Shown: positions 15,545-24,802 of the stretch, one piece after another | How positions within the stretch are numbered: the stretch's first letter is position 1 | How the letters are laid out: each line of letters begins with the position of its first letter | Assembly (NCBI RefSeq): GCF_001659725.1 | Contig: NZ_CP015922.1 | Coordinates: forward strand, 1,541,498-1,573,497 | Direction: 5' to 3' | Origin: Polynucleobacter wuianus | GTDB taxonomy: Bacteria; Pseudomonadota; Gammaproteobacteria; Burkholderiales; Burkholderiaceae | Length of the DNA stretch: 32,000 nucleotides | Notes under the pieces: generated by a model | Database searches by the model: none | Told to the model about the DNA's origin: nothing | Seen by the model: only the letters and a program-made list of their open reading frames with translations | Program-made: the position numbers and the translations under genes

Positions 15545-16225
15545 TTATTTGGTAATCAAATAACCCACTGCGACGGCAATAGCGCTTAACAGCACCAAAG
15601 CCAGAGCACGCTGTAGACCTCCATCCTTGGAGGGTTGACCCAAGTCAGAAGGCAAATATTTTGCTTCCTCGCTTGGGTCGATTTCTTTATCGCCACTAAT
15701 CATTGGCTTTATTAAATTTTCGCCTTTGTATCTCTTATAAAACCAAATCGCAGCGATATGGATCGCAATCAAGGTGTAGATCACCACTTGATTGCCTTCG
15801 TGAATTTCAGATAAAAAAGAAACTACTGCATTAGGTACGTACTTCGCTAATGGCCCCTGAAAAGCAATCTCATCATCCACAAATAAGCCGGTGAACACTT
15901 GAACACTCAAGACAAAGAGCAAAGCAAAGACCGAGAGAGCACCAATCGGGTTATGCCCCAACATGCGTGGTGACTTCCCTTGCAGGTATTCCAAAATGCC
16001 GGCGCGGGTTGGGAAAAATGAAGCAAAGCGAGCATGCCTAGAGCCTACAAAGCCCCAGATGATTCTAAATATCAACAAGGTCAAGATGCTGTAGCCAAAA
16101 TAAGCATGGTATTCAATCGCGCTATCACCTAGGTTAACGCTAATTAAGCTACCAGTGATACAAAGCACCAGTAACCAGTGAAACAGGCGGATTGGCAAGT
16201 CCCAGACACGAATCGTTTTCTTCAT
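15545..16225 (-). CDS. Cytochrome b561 family membrane protein
   Basis: N-terminus IRVWDLPIRLFHWLLV and conserved His residues in four TM helices (HAYFGY.., HNPIGA.., IHEG..). Confidence 0.85.
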   Translation of the reverse strand: MKKTIRVWDLPIRLFHWLLVLCITGSLISVNLGDSAIEYHAYFGYSILTLLIFRIIWGFVGSRHARFASFFPTRAGILEYLQGKSPRMLGHNPIGALSVFALLFVLSVQVFTGLFVDDEIAFQGPLAKYVPNAVVSFLSEIHEGNQVVIYTLIAIHIAAIWFYKRYKGENLIKPMISGDKEIDPSEEAKYLPSDLGQPSKDGGLQRALALVLLSAIAVAVGYLITK

Positions 16226-16267
16226 ACCTTAAGGATAAAGCACAAACTCCCTTAAACTCACTAAAAC

Positions 16268-17473
16268 ATGAACCCAAGCAAAGCCTTTAGAACCCTACTG
16301 CTCTACCGTGTTGGCGCAACACTGAGCTACCAAATTACGATGGTAGCGGTAGGTTGGCACATATATGAACTCACTAATAGCGTTGTTTCATTGGGCTTAG
16401 TGGGTTTAGCTGAGCTTGTACCCTACTTCCTGCTGGCGCTCTATGCTGGTCATGCAGTGGATCATTACTCGCGCAAATTGATTGCTGCGATTGCCTGCAT
16501 GATTCATATTGCGGTTGCATTATTTCTGACAGCAATTGCCCTTAACTGGCTTACGCCACCCGTTCCCCTCATTTACACTGCGATCGCATGCATTGGAGCA
16601 GGTCGTGCTTTATTAAGGCCTTCCTATACCGCCATCTTTGGGCAGATTATTCCTAGAGAGCAATTACCACGTTACACAGCATATGCATCTTCAGCATTTC
16701 AGATTTGCGTTGTAGCAGGCCCAGGTTTGGGAGGCCTGATGATTGGTTTTGCAGGACTGGAATGGACTTATCTATTAGCGGGAGTTTGTGGCGCTATTGG
16801 TTTATATGGCATCACCTTTATTCACGCGCCCCAAGAAAAAATGAGCCAACTTTCTGGTCACTTTTTCAAAAGCTTTTTGGAAGGCTTTGAATATGTTCGT
16901 AAACATGAGTTGATTCTAGGCATCATGGCATTAGATATGTTTGCTGTTTTGTTTGGTGGTGCCGTTTCCATTCTTCCTGCTTTTGTTAAGGAAGTATTAA
17001 ATGCAGGCCCAGAAGTATTAGGCATTCTGCGTGCTGCACCAGCAGCAGGCGCTGTGATCACGGGAATCTATTTAGCGAAACGACCAGTATTAACAGACTC
17101 TGGTAAACACCTCTTCTTATCGGTTGCCGGGTTTGGCTTAGCGATTATTGCCTTTGGTCTTTCCAGCCATTTATGGGTGTGTGCATTCTTCTTATTTATT
17201 TCAGGATGCTGTGATTCTGTATCAGTAGTCATTCGCGGCAGCATCATGCAACTGACAACCCCCGATCATATGCGTGGGCGCATCAGCGCCATTAACGGTA
17301 TCTTTATTGGATCCTCAAATGAATTGGGTGCACTTGAATCAGGAATCGCGGCCAGCATGATGGGCTTAGTGCCTTCTATTGTCTTCGGCGGTGCAGCCAC
17401 TATTGCGATCGTATTGATCACCTATCGACTTGCGCCGCACTTAAGCAAACTCCATCTCAAAGATATTTCCTAG
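16268..17473 (+). CDS. MFS transporter (EntS/MFS_3-like)
   Basis: 401 aa, about 12 TM segments, with the pattern GHAVDHYSRK after TM2 typical of MFS loop 2-3. Confidence 0.8.
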   Translation: MNPSKAFRTLLLYRVGATLSYQITMVAVGWHIYELTNSVVSLGLVGLAELVPYFLLALYAGHAVDHYSRKLIAAIACMIHIAVALFLTAIALNWLTPPVPLIYTAIACIGAGRALLRPSYTAIFGQIIPREQLPRYTAYASSAFQICVVAGPGLGGLMIGFAGLEWTYLLAGVCGAIGLYGITFIHAPQEKMSQLSGHFFKSFLEGFEYVRKHELILGIMALDMFAVLFGGAVSILPAFVKEVLNAGPEVLGILRAAPAAGAVITGIYLAKRPVLTDSGKHLFLSVAGFGLAIIAFGLSSHLWVCAFFLFISGCCDSVSVVIRGSIMQLTTPDHMRGRISAINGIFIGSSNELGALESGIAASMMGLVPSIVFGGAATIAIVLITYRLAPHLSKLHLKDIS

Positions 17474-17484
17474 AAATGGAATTT

Positions 17485-17498
17485 GGCTTGATCAAGCC
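17485..17498. terminator. Perfect 14-nt palindrome between convergent genes (possible short bidirectional terminator hairpin)
   Basis: GGCTTGATCAAGCC lies between the MFS stop (17473) and the stop of the minus-strand dehydrogenase (17498). T-rich flanks are weak. Confidence 0.35.
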
Positions 17499-18439
17499 TA
17501 TTTGATTTCTGGTAACTCTTTTTGAATAATTTTTAAGCCCTCACGTAATGCAGACTGATAGCGCTCACGCTCTGCTTTAATAGTTTCTGCAGTCCAAGGA
17601 TAAAAACCCTCTCCAGTTTTCATGCCAAACTTCCCGCTCTCAACGCGCTCACTTAAGCACCTTGCAATCGTTGAGGAATTATTCAACGTAGGATAAATCG
17701 TCGCTCCGCCAGCGGCATGGATCTCAAGACCCGCATGATCCCGCTGCATTGCTGGACCGGCGGCGATATAGCGAAAGCCAAATCCATAGCGCACCGCCTT
17801 ATCAATATCCTCCGGTGTGCAAATACCTGCATCCACCATCGAGAAGGCTTCGCGTGATAAGGCATGTTGTAAGCGATTTGCCAGAAAACCTGGTAAATCT
17901 TTTTTAACGGTGACTGGCACCATACCACAAGCGGTCATGAGTCGAGTAAGGCTATCACCAACCATAGGTGAAGTCTTTGCTCCATAAATGACTTCAACAC
18001 AAGGAATCAAATGTGCTGGCATGAAAAAATGTAAGCCAATCATTCGGGCGGAAGTTTTTAATCCTTCTGCAATTTGGCTAATTGGAAAGCTAGTGCTATT
18101 ACTTGCAAGCACTGCTTCTGGTTTTGCATACTTCTCTAGCTTGGCAAATAATTCACGCTTAATATCCAACCGCTCTGGCACACACTCGATGACCAAATCA
18201 ATATCAGCCCAATCAACCTCTTCAAGCGAGCCTGCCACAGACAATAAATGGATACGATGCTCGTAACCCAAATCTGTCATGGTGTTAACAAAATAATCTG
18301 GCAATAGCGCACGACGCTCTGTAGTCGGCTCGACCACCTGGACGGCACAACCACCCCGCGCGCAGACGGCAGCGACATCGGCGCCCATCGTACCGCCACC
18401 GACAACGACCACTTTAGTTTCAGCTGGGGTAAACAACAT
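17498..18439 (-). CDS. 3-hydroxyacyl-CoA dehydrogenase family protein (NAD-binding; could be an L-gulonate/L-carnitine dehydrogenase-type relative)
   Basis: Rossmann motif VVVVGGGTMGADVAAV plus the C-terminal 3HCDH domain. Start set at ATG 18439, which has AGGAG upstream. Confidence 0.85.
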   Translation of the reverse strand: MLFTPAETKVVVVGGGTMGADVAAVCARGGCAVQVVEPTTERRALLPDYFVNTMTDLGYEHRIHLLSVAGSLEEVDWADIDLVIECVPERLDIKRELFAKLEKYAKPEAVLASNSTSFPISQIAEGLKTSARMIGLHFFMPAHLIPCVEVIYGAKTSPMVGDSLTRLMTACGMVPVTVKKDLPGFLANRLQHALSREAFSMVDAGICTPEDIDKAVRYGFGFRYIAAGPAMQRDHAGLEIHAAGGATIYPTLNNSSTIARCLSERVESGKFGMKTGEGFYPWTAETIKAERERYQSALREGLKIIQKELPEIK

Positions 18440-18489
18440 GACATTTTCTCCTAGAGGGGGAGGACTTTTTGCCAAAAATCCTCATACAA

Positions 18490-18505
18490 TGGAATCATTA
18501 TTCCA
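18490..18505. promoter_or_regulatory. Perfect inverted repeat TGGAAT-catt-ATTCCA in a divergent promoter region (candidate operator)
   Basis: A 6-4-6 palindrome in the 85-nt gap between the divergent genes starting at 18439 (-) and 18525 (+). Confidence 0.3.
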
Positions 18506-18524
18506 ATAAAAAATAGAGACAGAC

Positions 18525-19454
18525 ATGATCCCCGTCAATTCGGTGCTACAGGTCGGCCATTTCCCTGAGATTATGCAGGCGGAAATTGATCGCCGCTTTA
18601 CGCCTACTCGGCATCCAGATGTAAATGCCCCGCCGCCTCCAGGAAACTTCGAGGCCATCTTGGTTCGCTCCAATACAAAATTACCAGAAGCCCTTGTAAA
18701 GCAGATCCCGAGCATTAAATTGGTATCCACCTGTGGGGTTGGTTATGACAACCTACCGCTACCCTACCTAAAAGCCCATGGGATTAAGGCAAGCAATACG
18801 CCCGGCGTTCTCAATGATGCAGTCTGCGAACTTGCTATTGGCATGATGCTTAGCCTTATGCGACGCCTTCCAGAGTCTCAAGAGCATGTAAAAAGTGGCG
18901 CCTGGTCGAAAGGTCTCTTTCAACTCACCACTACCTTGGCAGGCAAACGGGTTGGCATTGCCGGCATGGGTCGTATCGGCCAAGATTTGGCGAAGCGCCT
19001 TGAACCATTTAAGGTAGAAATAGCCTACTCAGGACCTAATCCAAAGCCAGTGCCCTATACCTATTACAAAGAGGTAGTGGATTTGGCACTAGCTTGTGAT
19101 GTTCTGTTCTTGGCTTGCCCGGCTTCCACTGATACGGACAACTTAATCGACGCCAAAGTTCTTGAGGCACTTGGGTCGTCATCTTATTTGATTAATATTG
19201 CGCGTGGCAGTGTTGTAAATGAAGCCGCGCTTTTATATGCACTGCAACATAAACAAATTGCAGGTGCTGCCTTGGACGTGTTTAATAATGAACCCAATCC
19301 AAATCCTGCCTTTTTGGAGCTTGATAATGTTTTACTCACGCCCCATATCGGAAGCGCTACCTTGGAAACACGGATAGCAATGACGAACTTAGCTGTAGAT
19401 AATTTAGAAGCCTTCTTTAAACAACAACCACTTCTTACCGAAGTTCATTATTAA
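18525..19454 (+). CDS. 2-hydroxyacid dehydrogenase (glyoxylate/hydroxypyruvate reductase-like)
   Basis: NAD-binding GIAGMGRIGQDLAKR. Motifs NIARGSVV, DVFNNEP and TPHIGSAT. Confidence 0.9.
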   Translation: MIPVNSVLQVGHFPEIMQAEIDRRFTPTRHPDVNAPPPPGNFEAILVRSNTKLPEALVKQIPSIKLVSTCGVGYDNLPLPYLKAHGIKASNTPGVLNDAVCELAIGMMLSLMRRLPESQEHVKSGAWSKGLFQLTTTLAGKRVGIAGMGRIGQDLAKRLEPFKVEIAYSGPNPKPVPYTYYKEVVDLALACDVLFLACPASTDTDNLIDAKVLEALGSSSYLINIARGSVVNEAALLYALQHKQIAGAALDVFNNEPNPNPAFLELDNVLLTPHIGSATLETRIAMTNLAVDNLEAFFKQQPLLTEVHY

Positions 19455-19466
19455 ATTGGAGTCAGC

Positions 19467-20393
19467 ATGACTATCTCTTTGCATCCCTCTACTTTGCCAG
19501 CGGTGTTATCACCAGTGTTGACGCCATTTAAGGCAGACGGCAGCCCAGATGCCCAGAAACTACTAAAGCAATGTAAGTGGTTGGAGTCCAATGATGTTGG
19601 TCAAGCCGTCTTTGGCACCAACTCTGAAGCCAACTCCATGTCTGCCCCACAAAAGATGAGTACTTTGACCGCTCTCATTGAAGGTGGTTTGAATCCTGAA
19701 CATATGATGCCTGGAACTGGCGCAACTTCAATTGATGCCACAGTCAACATGACACGTCATGCAGTCAATCATAAGTGTGCTGGTGTATTGATGCTGCCGC
19801 CGTTCTACTACAAAGACGTTACTGATGATGGCCTGTTTGCTTATTTCTCAGAAGTCATTCAGAAGGTAGGTAATTCAGCCTTACAAATTTATATCTACAA
19901 CATTCCACCGGTTACTAAAATTAATCTTAGCCTATCACTACTGGAGCGTTTGTCAAAAGAGTATCCAAAAACAGTAGTTGGCATGAAAGATAGCTCTGGT
20001 GATTGGGCTTATACCGAATCTGTGATCAAGCTATTGGCGCCATCAGGCTTCCGCGTCTATGCTGGCAGCGAAGTCTTTTTGATGCGTACTCTGCGCGCTG
20101 GTGGCGTTGGCTGCATCTCTGCTACAGCAAACGTTAATCCTCACGCCCTTGCTGATCTTGCTGCGCACTGGAAAGACGCCAATGCAGATGAACGTCAAGC
20201 GGAGTTAGATAAGGTGCGTAGTGTGTTTGCAAAATATCAAATGATTGCCGGCATGAAAACAGCAGTTGCCCACTTTAGCAAAGATCCAGAGTGGCTGCGT
20301 GTACGCCCACCACTCATGCAATTGACAGCAGATCAACAAGCCCAGCTATTGAGCGAGTTAAAGCAAATTAACTTCAGCATGCCTGGTCTTTAA
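19467..20393 (+). CDS. Dihydrodipicolinate synthase (DapA/NAL) family class I aldolase/dehydratase
   Basis: 308 aa. Motifs GTNSEA, IYNIP and the Schiff-base lysine context VVGMKDSSGD. Confidence 0.85.
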   Translation: MTISLHPSTLPAVLSPVLTPFKADGSPDAQKLLKQCKWLESNDVGQAVFGTNSEANSMSAPQKMSTLTALIEGGLNPEHMMPGTGATSIDATVNMTRHAVNHKCAGVLMLPPFYYKDVTDDGLFAYFSEVIQKVGNSALQIYIYNIPPVTKINLSLSLLERLSKEYPKTVVGMKDSSGDWAYTESVIKLLAPSGFRVYAGSEVFLMRTLRAGGVGCISATANVNPHALADLAAHWKDANADERQAELDKVRSVFAKYQMIAGMKTAVAHFSKDPEWLRVRPPLMQLTADQQAQLLSELKQINFSMPGL

Positions 20394-20418
20394 TTCAAAA
20401 GATATATAGGAGACTTCC

Positions 20419-21369
20419 ATGAAACTACTCAAAGTCATTGTTCTATCACTCAGCTTTTTGTGGGCTGGAGCACAAGCGCAAAATATTTCGATTGCGACGG
20501 GTGGTACTGGGGGCGTTTACTACCCGATGGGCGGTGGTTTAGCCTCCGTTCTCTCCAGCAAAGTACCTGGCATGTCTGCAACTGCTGAGGTAACTGGCGG
20601 TTCAGTAGATAACCTCAACCTCATCGGTACCGGCAAGCCTTATGTTGGATTTTCAATGGCTGATGCTGCAAAAGATGCGCAGGTTGGTGAAGGTAAATTT
20701 GCAGGCAAGAAAGTAGATCTTCGTACCTTGGTGGTGCTCTATCCAAACCTGATGCACGTAGTGACTGTCGATTCCACTGGAATTAAATCCATGAAAGACT
20801 TAAAAGGTAAACGCGTCAGTACTGGCGCCCCTGGAAGCGCAACCGAAGTGATGGCATTTCGTATCCTCGAAGCTGCTGGTCTTGATAAAGACAAAGATGT
20901 TAAACGTGAGCGCTTAAGTGTTGCTGAATCAGTCAATGCCGTCAAAGATCGTAAGATCGATGCATTCTTCTGGGTAGGTGGCTTACCAACAGCAGCCGTT
21001 ACTGATCTTGCAAACACCCCTGGAACTAAAATCATCATGGTTGATACTAGCGATGAGGTTGCTACTATGAATAAGAAATACGGAAACCTGTATTTTGTTA
21101 CCACCATTCCTAAGGCTACCTATAGCGGCATGGCAAAAGATAACAAAGTTGCGGCCGTTGCAAATATTCTAGTGGTTAATGCAAACATGCCTGACGATCA
21201 AGCCTATAAGATCGTCAAGACTATGTTTGATAACAAGCTAGAGCTGGTTCGTACTCATCAAGAGTTTATGAATGTCAGCCTAGAAAATCAAAAGACAAAA
21301 TCAACACCAGTAGATTTTCACCCTGGCGCCCTGAAATACTTTAAAGAGAAAAACGTCAAATTGAATTAA
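20419..21369 (+). CDS. TAXI-family TRAP transporter solute-binding protein
   Basis: Signal peptide, then the TAXI hallmark ISIATGGTGGVYYPMGGGLASVL; 316 aa. Confidence 0.85.
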   Translation: MKLLKVIVLSLSFLWAGAQAQNISIATGGTGGVYYPMGGGLASVLSSKVPGMSATAEVTGGSVDNLNLIGTGKPYVGFSMADAAKDAQVGEGKFAGKKVDLRTLVVLYPNLMHVVTVDSTGIKSMKDLKGKRVSTGAPGSATEVMAFRILEAAGLDKDKDVKRERLSVAESVNAVKDRKIDAFFWVGGLPTAAVTDLANTPGTKIIMVDTSDEVATMNKKYGNLYFVTTIPKATYSGMAKDNKVAAVANILVVNANMPDDQAYKIVKTMFDNKLELVRTHQEFMNVSLENQKTKSTPVDFHPGALKYFKEKNVKLN

Positions 21370-21379
21370 AACTGCAATA

Positions 21380-21410
21380 GGGGTGAGTTAATCTCGCCCC
21401 TTCTGCTTTT
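21380..21410 (+). terminator. Hairpin with T-rich tail between the binding-protein and permease genes (partial terminator/attenuator)
   Basis: GGGGTGAG-ttaat-CTCGCCCC (8 bp including one G-U) followed by ttctgctttt. Confidence 0.55.
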
Positions 21411-21446
21411 AACGAAGTACATAAATATAAATATATAGGTTGAGAC

Positions 21447-23459
21447 ATGAATCAAAACGTCATCGATAACGAAACACAGGAAAAATTAGATGCCTTCATC
21501 AAGCAGGAGGAAGGTGACTCAAATGACTACAAAGGCTTATTAGCCAAGTTCATTACACTCGTTGCAGTGGGCATGTCTCTTTTTCATTTATACGCTGCAT
21601 ACTCCATCGTACCTACACAAGAGTTGCGCGTGATTCACGTGGCACTCGTTTTATTTTTAGTGTTCTTAAGCTTCCCTATTGCAACACGCTTTAAAAATCG
21701 ACTGATGCCCTGGGATATCGTCTTTGCAGTGGCATCGGTAGCGATTGCGTATTACATCCTCAGCGGCGGCGATGATTTTATGGATAGAAACACTGCCCCC
21801 AACGCAACCGATGTCATGGTGGGCATTGCCTTAATTCTTCTGATTTTAGAAAGCGTGCGCAGAACCAATGGGATGATCCTAGTTAGCGTTACAGCCTTGT
21901 TTTTGCTCTACGCTCTGTTTGGCAATCATTTGCCAGCGCCTTGGACTCACAAGGGATACGATCTCGATCGCTTAGTGGGTTACATGTACATGACGCTGGA
22001 GGGAATTTACGGCACAGCAGTAGACGTGTCCGCAACCCTCATTATTCTCTTCACGATCTTTGGCGCATTCTTGCAGTTCACGGGTGCAGGCAAATTCTTC
22101 ATTGACTTCTCTTTTGCAGCAATGGGTGGCAAATCCTCTGGAGTTGGTAGAACCATAGTGATGTCCTCCTTCCTCTTGGGTGGTCCATCAGGTTCGGGTG
22201 TAGCCACTACCGTGACTGTCGGCTCAGTTGCCGCACCAATGCTAGAAAAAGTTGGGTACGAGAAAAACGCTGCGGGTGGTCTTTTAGCTGCAGGGGGTCT
22301 TGGTGCCATCATTTCCCCGCCGGTATTAGGTGCTGCTGCATTCTTGATTGCCGACTTTCTAAAGATTTCTTATTTAGACGTGCTATTGATGGCCAGCATT
22401 CCGACTATCTTGTTCTACCTAGGTTTATTTGTCATGGTGGAAATCGATGTTCGCAAGTACAACATGAAGAGCATTCACTTTGAATCTACTGAGTCTGCTT
22501 GGCAGCTTACCCAGAAGTATTGGTTCCATTTCTTCTCACTCATCTCTATTGTGGTGTTTATGCTCATGGGCTTTTCACCAGTGATGTCCGTGTTCTGGGC
22601 AACAGTAGTTTCTGCTCTCTCTAGTATGTTGAGAGAAGATACCGCGATCATTCCTTGGGCCTGGTTTAAGGGCAAAGAACCAATTCTTTCCGGTTTGTAT
22701 AACTCCAACCTTACCAAAGCACTAGCCTCAGGCTCTACCGGCGTTTTAGCAATTGCAGCTACTTGCGCAGGCGCTGGCTTAATCGTAGGCACAGTGACTC
22801 TGACTGGACTTGGCCTCAAATTTAGCTCGATCGTGATTCAATACGCCGGTGGCTCACTACTGCTTACGACCATCTTCACGGCTCTAGTTGTTTGGGTTGT
22901 AGGTCTAGCAGTACCAGTGACAGCGTCATACATTATTTGTGCAGTGATCGCAGCGCCTGCCCTGATTAATTTGGGTGTACCAGCGTTTGCAGCACACATG
23001 TTTATCTTTTACTACGCTGTGCTATCTGAAGTATCTCCCCCAACCGCACTATCGCCATTTGCTGCGGCTGCAATCTGCAAGGGGAATCCCTACCAAACAA
23101 CTTTGCAGACTTGGAAATATGTTGCACCTGCGATCCTTGTTCCCTTCATGTTCGTGCTAGATAAATCAGGCGTCAGTTTATTGCTCATGGGATCAACCGA
23201 TGCGCTTGAGCAAGCCGACTGGTTGCAAATTGCTTGGGTATCCTTTACTGCAGTTGTTGGAATCATCTGCTTGGCTGGTGGTCTACAAGGTTGGTTTATT
23301 GAGAAGACTAAAGTCTTTGAACGCATCATCATGGTGGTCTCTGGCGTTGCCTTGGCCTATCCATCTACTGAAGCAGACTTAATTGGTTTTGTGGGCTTTG
23401 CTTTGGTATTGGCTACCCAAACGATTACCCACTTCAAGCTACACCCCAGATCAACATAA
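21447..23459 (+). CDS. TRAP transporter fused permease (TAXI-associated 4TM/12TM type)
   Basis: 670 aa, highly hydrophobic, directly downstream of the TAXI binding protein. The size and topology are typical of fused TAXI-TRAP membrane components. Confidence 0.85.
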   Translation: MNQNVIDNETQEKLDAFIKQEEGDSNDYKGLLAKFITLVAVGMSLFHLYAAYSIVPTQELRVIHVALVLFLVFLSFPIATRFKNRLMPWDIVFAVASVAIAYYILSGGDDFMDRNTAPNATDVMVGIALILLILESVRRTNGMILVSVTALFLLYALFGNHLPAPWTHKGYDLDRLVGYMYMTLEGIYGTAVDVSATLIILFTIFGAFLQFTGAGKFFIDFSFAAMGGKSSGVGRTIVMSSFLLGGPSGSGVATTVTVGSVAAPMLEKVGYEKNAAGGLLAAGGLGAIISPPVLGAAAFLIADFLKISYLDVLLMASIPTILFYLGLFVMVEIDVRKYNMKSIHFESTESAWQLTQKYWFHFFSLISIVVFMLMGFSPVMSVFWATVVSALSSMLREDTAIIPWAWFKGKEPILSGLYNSNLTKALASGSTGVLAIAATCAGAGLIVGTVTLTGLGLKFSSIVIQYAGGSLLLTTIFTALVVWVVGLAVPVTASYIICAVIAAPALINLGVPAFAAHMFIFYYAVLSEVSPPTALSPFAAAAICKGNPYQTTLQTWKYVAPAILVPFMFVLDKSGVSLLLMGSTDALEQADWLQIAWVSFTAVVGIICLAGGLQGWFIEKTKVFERIIMVVSGVALAYPSTEADLIGFVGFALVLATQTITHFKLHPRST

Positions 23460-23492
23460 GTCTTCATTTTTGATCAAAGCACCAGAAACAAT

Positions 23493-23524
23493 AAAGCCCA
23501 CAATAGCGGGCTTTATTTTGTTTT
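23493..23524. terminator. Bidirectional intrinsic terminator between convergent genes
   Basis: AAAGCCC-acaatagc-GGGCTTT followed by ATTTTGTTTT, with an A-rich left flank. Confidence 0.7.
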
Positions 23525-23538
23525 AGATCTTAGAAGAT

Positions 23539-24672
23539 TTAAGCAATCTTGGTCCAAGCAGCTTTACCAGCATATTTCTTGATGGCATTTTCATCAAATT
23601 CAAAGCCCAGACCCGGAGTTTGATGCAAGATCAAGTCACCATTCTTAAATGTAAGTTGCTTATTAATCAATCTGCGAAAGTTGAAGACTTGATCGTCCAA
23701 GAAGAATTCTACAAAACGTGCATTTGGTGTTGAAGCCACTAATGGTGCGTGCAAGTCATGCATCCAGTGCGGGCAAACCGTAATGCCTTTCGCGTCGGCA
23801 TAAGCAGAGATACGGCGCCATTCAGTGATTCCGCCACAAACAGCAGCATCCGATTGCAAAATCGCAGCGCCACCTGCGTCAATTAATTCTCTAAAACGCC
23901 AACGACCAGCCTCCATCTCGCCAGTAGCAACACTGATCTTGGTTTGACGAGCTAAGGCAGCATGCAAATCAATTGCATCCGGTGAAAAAGGCTCTTCAAT
24001 CCAATAAGGGTTGTAAGCCTCAAAACGTCTCACATACTCCAAGGCAGTCGGTAAATCACGCCAAGCGTTATTTGCATCTAGGGTTAACAGAATATCGTCA
24101 CCAATCGCCTCACGAGCTGCCTTTACACGCGCCTCCTCTTCGGCTGGGGATAGGCGCCCTACTTTCATTTTGACGGCTTTAAAGCCCTGCCTTACATAAG
24201 ACTCCATTTCCTTGCCAAGTTTGGCTGGTGTCTTGCCTTCTAGGTAATAACCTCCGCTGGCATAAGCAGGCACTCGATCATCCACTACAGAACCAAGATA
24301 GTGATGCAAAGGTAAACCAGCAGCTCGCGCATTCAGATCCCAAAGTGCTGTATCCAAAATTGAAATGCCACGCATTACAGCGCCGGCACGGCCTTGCAAG
24401 ATGGACTCGTTGTACATATCCATCCATAGGCCTTCGCTCCGATGGCTATTCTGTCGAATCAGTTTGGGGGCTAATAATTGCTCGACAGCAATTTTGGCAA
24501 TATCACCACCAGCACTTCCGACATAGCAAAAGCCAATACCCTCATTTCCATCCTTGCCGCGAACTTTAACTAGGCAGTAGTGGCGCTCTGATACGGTACG
24601 GGTTGAAAATGAGGTGACCTTATCTAGAGGCACGGCTACTGATGCAACTTGCACAGATTCGATGATCGGCAT
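23539..24672 (-). CDS. Enolase-superfamily enzyme (mandelate racemase/muconate lactonizing family; acid-sugar dehydratase-like)
   Basis: 377 aa. Motifs FKAVKMKVG, LTLDANNAW, WIEEP and ATGEME (metal ligands), with a C-terminal H..D region. Confidence 0.9.
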   Translation of the reverse strand: MPIIESVQVASVAVPLDKVTSFSTRTVSERHYCLVKVRGKDGNEGIGFCYVGSAGGDIAKIAVEQLLAPKLIRQNSHRSEGLWMDMYNESILQGRAGAVMRGISILDTALWDLNARAAGLPLHHYLGSVVDDRVPAYASGGYYLEGKTPAKLGKEMESYVRQGFKAVKMKVGRLSPAEEEARVKAAREAIGDDILLTLDANNAWRDLPTALEYVRRFEAYNPYWIEEPFSPDAIDLHAALARQTKISVATGEMEAGRWRFRELIDAGGAAILQSDAAVCGGITEWRRISAYADAKGITVCPHWMHDLHAPLVASTPNARFVEFFLDDQVFNFRRLINKQLTFKNGDLILHQTPGLGFEFDENAIKKYAGKAAWTKIA

Positions 24673-24802
24673 CTGAACTCCTTGATGAAAAAAATATTGT
24701 AGCCAGTATTGAAATACTCGGTTTGAGCTTGGTCTAGGGTTAATTTATTGCGCCACAACAAAATTATCTAGCCTGTGTTCCGCATTATTAGATAATTACG
24801 AA

